Below, in pieces: positions 15,028 to 17,506 of a stretch of DNA of 17,506 nt. Under the pieces are notes generated by a model, which did no database searches, was not told the origin of the DNA, and saw nothing but the letters and a program-made list of their open reading frames with translations. The translations under genes were made by a program, and so were the position numbers. Numbering within the stretch: the first letter of the stretch is position 1; every line of letters starts with the position of its first letter. Location of the stretch: NCBI GenBank assembly GCA_963978095.1, contig CAXBQP010000057.1:1-17506 (forward strand), given 5' to 3'. The stretch is from an uncultured bacterium. Lineage in GTDB: Bacteria > Gemmatimonadota > Gemmatimonadetes > Gemmatimonadales > Gemmatimonadaceae.

Positions 15028-17151
15028 ATGGCCAAGTCCCACCGCCGCGCCCCGTCCGCGCCCGTCGCTTCGTCCGCCGCGCCCCAGCGTCCCGCGGGGT
15101 TCGACTGGCGCCGGATTGCCTATCACGCGCTCTGTTCCCGCGCCCTCGATGACATCGAGGAAGGCACCAACAGGAACCGTACGTCGGTGCCCAAGGAACA
15201 TGTCGTGCTGTACCAGTTCTCGTCGCGCGGCCACGATGTGGCGCAGTGCATCCTGGGCTCGCTGCTCACCGGGCAGCATGATGGCGTCGGCGCCTACTAT
15301 CGGTCACGCCCGGCCCTGCTCTCGCTGGGGCTGAGTCTCGAGGACGGCTTCGCGAGTCCGCTCGGACGGCGTGGCGGGTTCAGCGACGGCCGGGACATCG
15401 GCGTGGTGTGCAACCTGCCCAATCGCCACGGGGCCGTTGTCCTCCCGATGAGCGGAGACGTTGGCTCGCAGTACACGCCGACGGCGGGCTGGGCGCAAGC
15501 CCTGCAGTACCATCGGGACACGCTCGGGGACGCCAGCTACGCGGGGTCCATCGCGGTCGCGCTGGGCGGCGACGGGTCGGTGGCGACGAACGGGTTCTGG
15601 TCGGCGCTGACCATGGCCACGACGCTCAGACTGCCGATGCTGTTCTACATCGAGGACAACGACCTCGGGATCAGCGTCCGCGGCGACATGCAGACCCCGG
15701 GCGGGAACATCGCGCGGAATCTCGGGAGTTTCAGCAATCTGCTGGTGCGTGACGGCGATGGCTGCGAGCCCGTGGAGTCGGCCGCGCTGCTGGCCGAGTG
15801 CGTGGCGCACGTGCGTGCCGGGACCGGGCCGGCACTGGTGCGCCTGACGGTTCCGCGTCTCTCCAGTCATTCGGGACCGGACAATCAGAAGGGGTATCGG
15901 ACGGATGCCGAGATCGCCGCCGATCAGGCGCGCGACCCGCTCCCACGCCTGCGCGCCCTGTTCAGCGAGACCGAGTGGACAGAGATCGAAGCGGACGTCG
16001 CGCGGGATGTCGCCGCCGCGCTCGACGCCGCCCGCGCGCGCCCGGCGCCCGAGGCATCCCAGGTGCGCCGCTTCCTGTACGCCGAGGCGCCCCAGCCCGG
16101 CGATCCGGTGGCGCTCGGGGGTCTCTCGCCCGCCGAACTCGCTGCGCTGGGCGGAACCGATGTGCCCGGTACGGAGGGCGACATGGTGCGCTTCGCCGAA
16201 TCCGTGCGCCGCACGTTGCGCAGTGAACTGGCGGCCAATCCGAAGGTGGTCGTATTCGGCGAGGACGTGGGCGTGAAGGGGGGCGTGCATCTCGTGACCG
16301 AGGGACTGCAGAAGCAGTTCGGCGCGCAACGGGTGTTCGACACGAGCTTGAGCGAGGAAGGGATCATCGGGCGCGCGGTGGCGATGGCGATCAGTGGTCT
16401 GATGCCCGTGGCCGAGATCCAGTTCCGGAAATACGCCGACCCCGCCACCGAGCAGCTCAACAACTGCGGCACCATGCGCTGGCGCACGGCGAACCAGTTC
16501 GCGGCGCCGATCGTGGTGCGGATGCCCGGGGGGTTCGGGAAGGACGTCGGGGATCCGTGGCATTCGCTGAGCGCCGAGGTCGTGTGGGCGCACGCCGTCG
16601 GGTGGCAGGTCGCGATCCCGTCGAACGCCGCCGATGCGGCGGGACTGCTGCGCGCCGCGATGCGCGGGAGCAATCCCACGATCTTCTTCGAGCATCGGTC
16701 GCTGCTGATGACGAGCGACGGGTCCTCGCGCTATCCGGGGGACGACTACGTGTTGCCGTTCGGGCGGGCGGCGCGATTGCGCGAGGGAAATCGGGTCACG
16801 CTCGTGACCTGGGGCGCGATGGTGCATCGGTGCTTGGAGGCCGCGGATCAGGTCGGAGGGGTCGACCTGCTGGACCTCCGCACGATCGCGCCGTGGGACC
16901 GCACCGCAGTGCTCGAGAGCGTGACGCGCACCGGTCGCTGCCTGATCGTTCATGAGGACACCCTGACGGCGGGTTTCGGCGCCGAGATCGCGGCTGTGCT
17001 CGCGAAGGACGCGTTCTGGCATCTGGACGCCCCCGTCGACCGGCTGTGCGTTGACGACGTGCCGATGCCCTATCATCCCGTGCTGCTCGATGCCGTGCTG
17101 CCCTCGGCGACCGTCATCGCTCAACGCTTGGACGCATTGCTCGTAGAATAG
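15028..17151 (+). CDS. Fused 2-oxoacid dehydrogenase E1 alpha/beta (ThDP-dependent, BCKDH/PDH-like), substrate unknown
   Basis: Alpha part: YYRS, the ThDP motif GDG...IEDN, RLSSHSGPD and RDPL. Beta part: VFGEDVG, DTSLSEEGIIG, EIQF, WHS, FFEH, DLRTIAPWD and LDAPVDR. 707 aa. Confidence 0.92.
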   Translation: MAKSHRRAPSAPVASSAAPQRPAGFDWRRIAYHALCSRALDDIEEGTNRNRTSVPKEHVVLYQFSSRGHDVAQCILGSLLTGQHDGVGAYYRSRPALLSLGLSLEDGFASPLGRRGGFSDGRDIGVVCNLPNRHGAVVLPMSGDVGSQYTPTAGWAQALQYHRDTLGDASYAGSIAVALGGDGSVATNGFWSALTMATTLRLPMLFYIEDNDLGISVRGDMQTPGGNIARNLGSFSNLLVRDGDGCEPVESAALLAECVAHVRAGTGPALVRLTVPRLSSHSGPDNQKGYRTDAEIAADQARDPLPRLRALFSETEWTEIEADVARDVAAALDAARARPAPEASQVRRFLYAEAPQPGDPVALGGLSPAELAALGGTDVPGTEGDMVRFAESVRRTLRSELAANPKVVVFGEDVGVKGGVHLVTEGLQKQFGAQRVFDTSLSEEGIIGRAVAMAISGLMPVAEIQFRKYADPATEQLNNCGTMRWRTANQFAAPIVVRMPGGFGKDVGDPWHSLSAEVVWAHAVGWQVAIPSNAADAAGLLRAAMRGSNPTIFFEHRSLLMTSDGSSRYPGDDYVLPFGRAARLREGNRVTLVTWGAMVHRCLEAADQVGGVDLLDLRTIAPWDRTAVLESVTRTGRCLIVHEDTLTAGFGAEIAAVLAKDAFWHLDAPVDRLCVDDVPMPYHPVLLDAVLPSATVIAQRLDALLVE

Positions 17152-17182
17152 GCTGACTACCACCGTTATCTCGGAGATCCGC

Positions 17183-17484
17183 ATGCGTACCCCGCTCGTT
17201 CGATTCACCGGCCCGCTCGCACTCCGCGCGCTCGCTGTTGGCGCGCTCGCTGTTGGCGCGCTCGCATTGGGCGCGCTCTCGGCGCCGGCACGGGCCCAAT
17301 CGCCGGTGACGGAACCGGACACCGCGTTCACCGACTTCAAGACCATCGTCTCGCGTCTCGAGCTCGAGAAGTACAAGGCGACCGTGAAGGGGCTCACCCA
17401 GTTCGGTGACCGTCGGGAGGGAACGGAGCGGAACCGCAAGGCGCTGGACTGGATCGAGGCGCAACTCAAGAGCTACGGCTGCAC
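17183..17484 (+). CDS. Exported protein, probably M28-family metallopeptidase; N-terminal fragment only
   Basis: GGAG RBS and a Sec signal peptide ending ARA|Q. The segment IVSRLELEKYKATVKGLTQFGDR...RNRKALDWIEAQLKSYG resembles the helix-loop-helix start of M28 aminopeptidases. Zn ligands are not reached before the adapter. Confidence 0.6.
17228..17278 (+). repeat. 15-bp tandem repeat (~3.4 copies) encoding ALAVG-ALAVG-ALALG-AL in the signal peptide
   Basis: gcgctcgctgttggc x2 (perfect), then gcgctcgcattgggc and gcgctc. Confidence 0.85.
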
Positions 17485-17506
17485 AGATCGGAAGAGCGTC
17501 GTGTAG
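17485..17506 (+). other. Illumina TruSeq read-2 adapter contamination
   Basis: The terminal 22 nt AGATCGGAAGAGCGTCGTGTAG exactly match the start of the TruSeq adapter. Confidence 0.97.

Noticed and set aside
13504..15279. 591-aa antisense ORF opposite gspE
   Set aside because: Shadow frame fully overlapping a highly conserved ATPase, with no recognisable domain.
15304..17469. 721-aa antisense ORF opposite the E1 gene
   Set aside because: Arg/His/Ala-rich with no motifs. A typical shadow ORF of a high-GC coding strand.
17183..17506. Complete 107-aa small secreted protein
   Set aside because: The stop codon comes from adapter sequence.

Overview
GC-rich bacterial window, probably a contig end from a metagenome assembly. 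The host may be Gemmatimonadota/FCB-like, but that is an impression from protein style and is not verified. There are two divergently transcribed blocks. (1) Minus strand, 4610 to 1: a tightly coupled phenylacetate-catabolism lower-pathway operon, paaG-paaH-paaI-paaJ-paaY-paaZ, with paaZ running off the left edge. (2) Plus strand, 4795-15006: an 11-gene type II secretion system in the unusual order gspG-F-H-I-J-K-L-M-(C-like)-D-E. It has no gspO/gspS/gspN, and its secretin seems to keep only N0 plus one N3-type domain, which is interrupted by a ~106-aa Gly/RGG-rich insert. After a 21-bp gap come a fused 2-oxoacid dehydrogenase E1 alpha/beta gene (no E2/E3 in view) and a signal-peptide protein resembling an M28 peptidase. 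The last 22 nt are an Illumina TruSeq adapter, so that gene's stop codon is an artefact. No RNA genes, CRISPR arrays or mobile elements were recognised. The best leads are the minimal secretin with its disordered insert, and the possibility that the E1 feeds phenylacetyl-CoA to the paa operon with the T2SS wedged between them.
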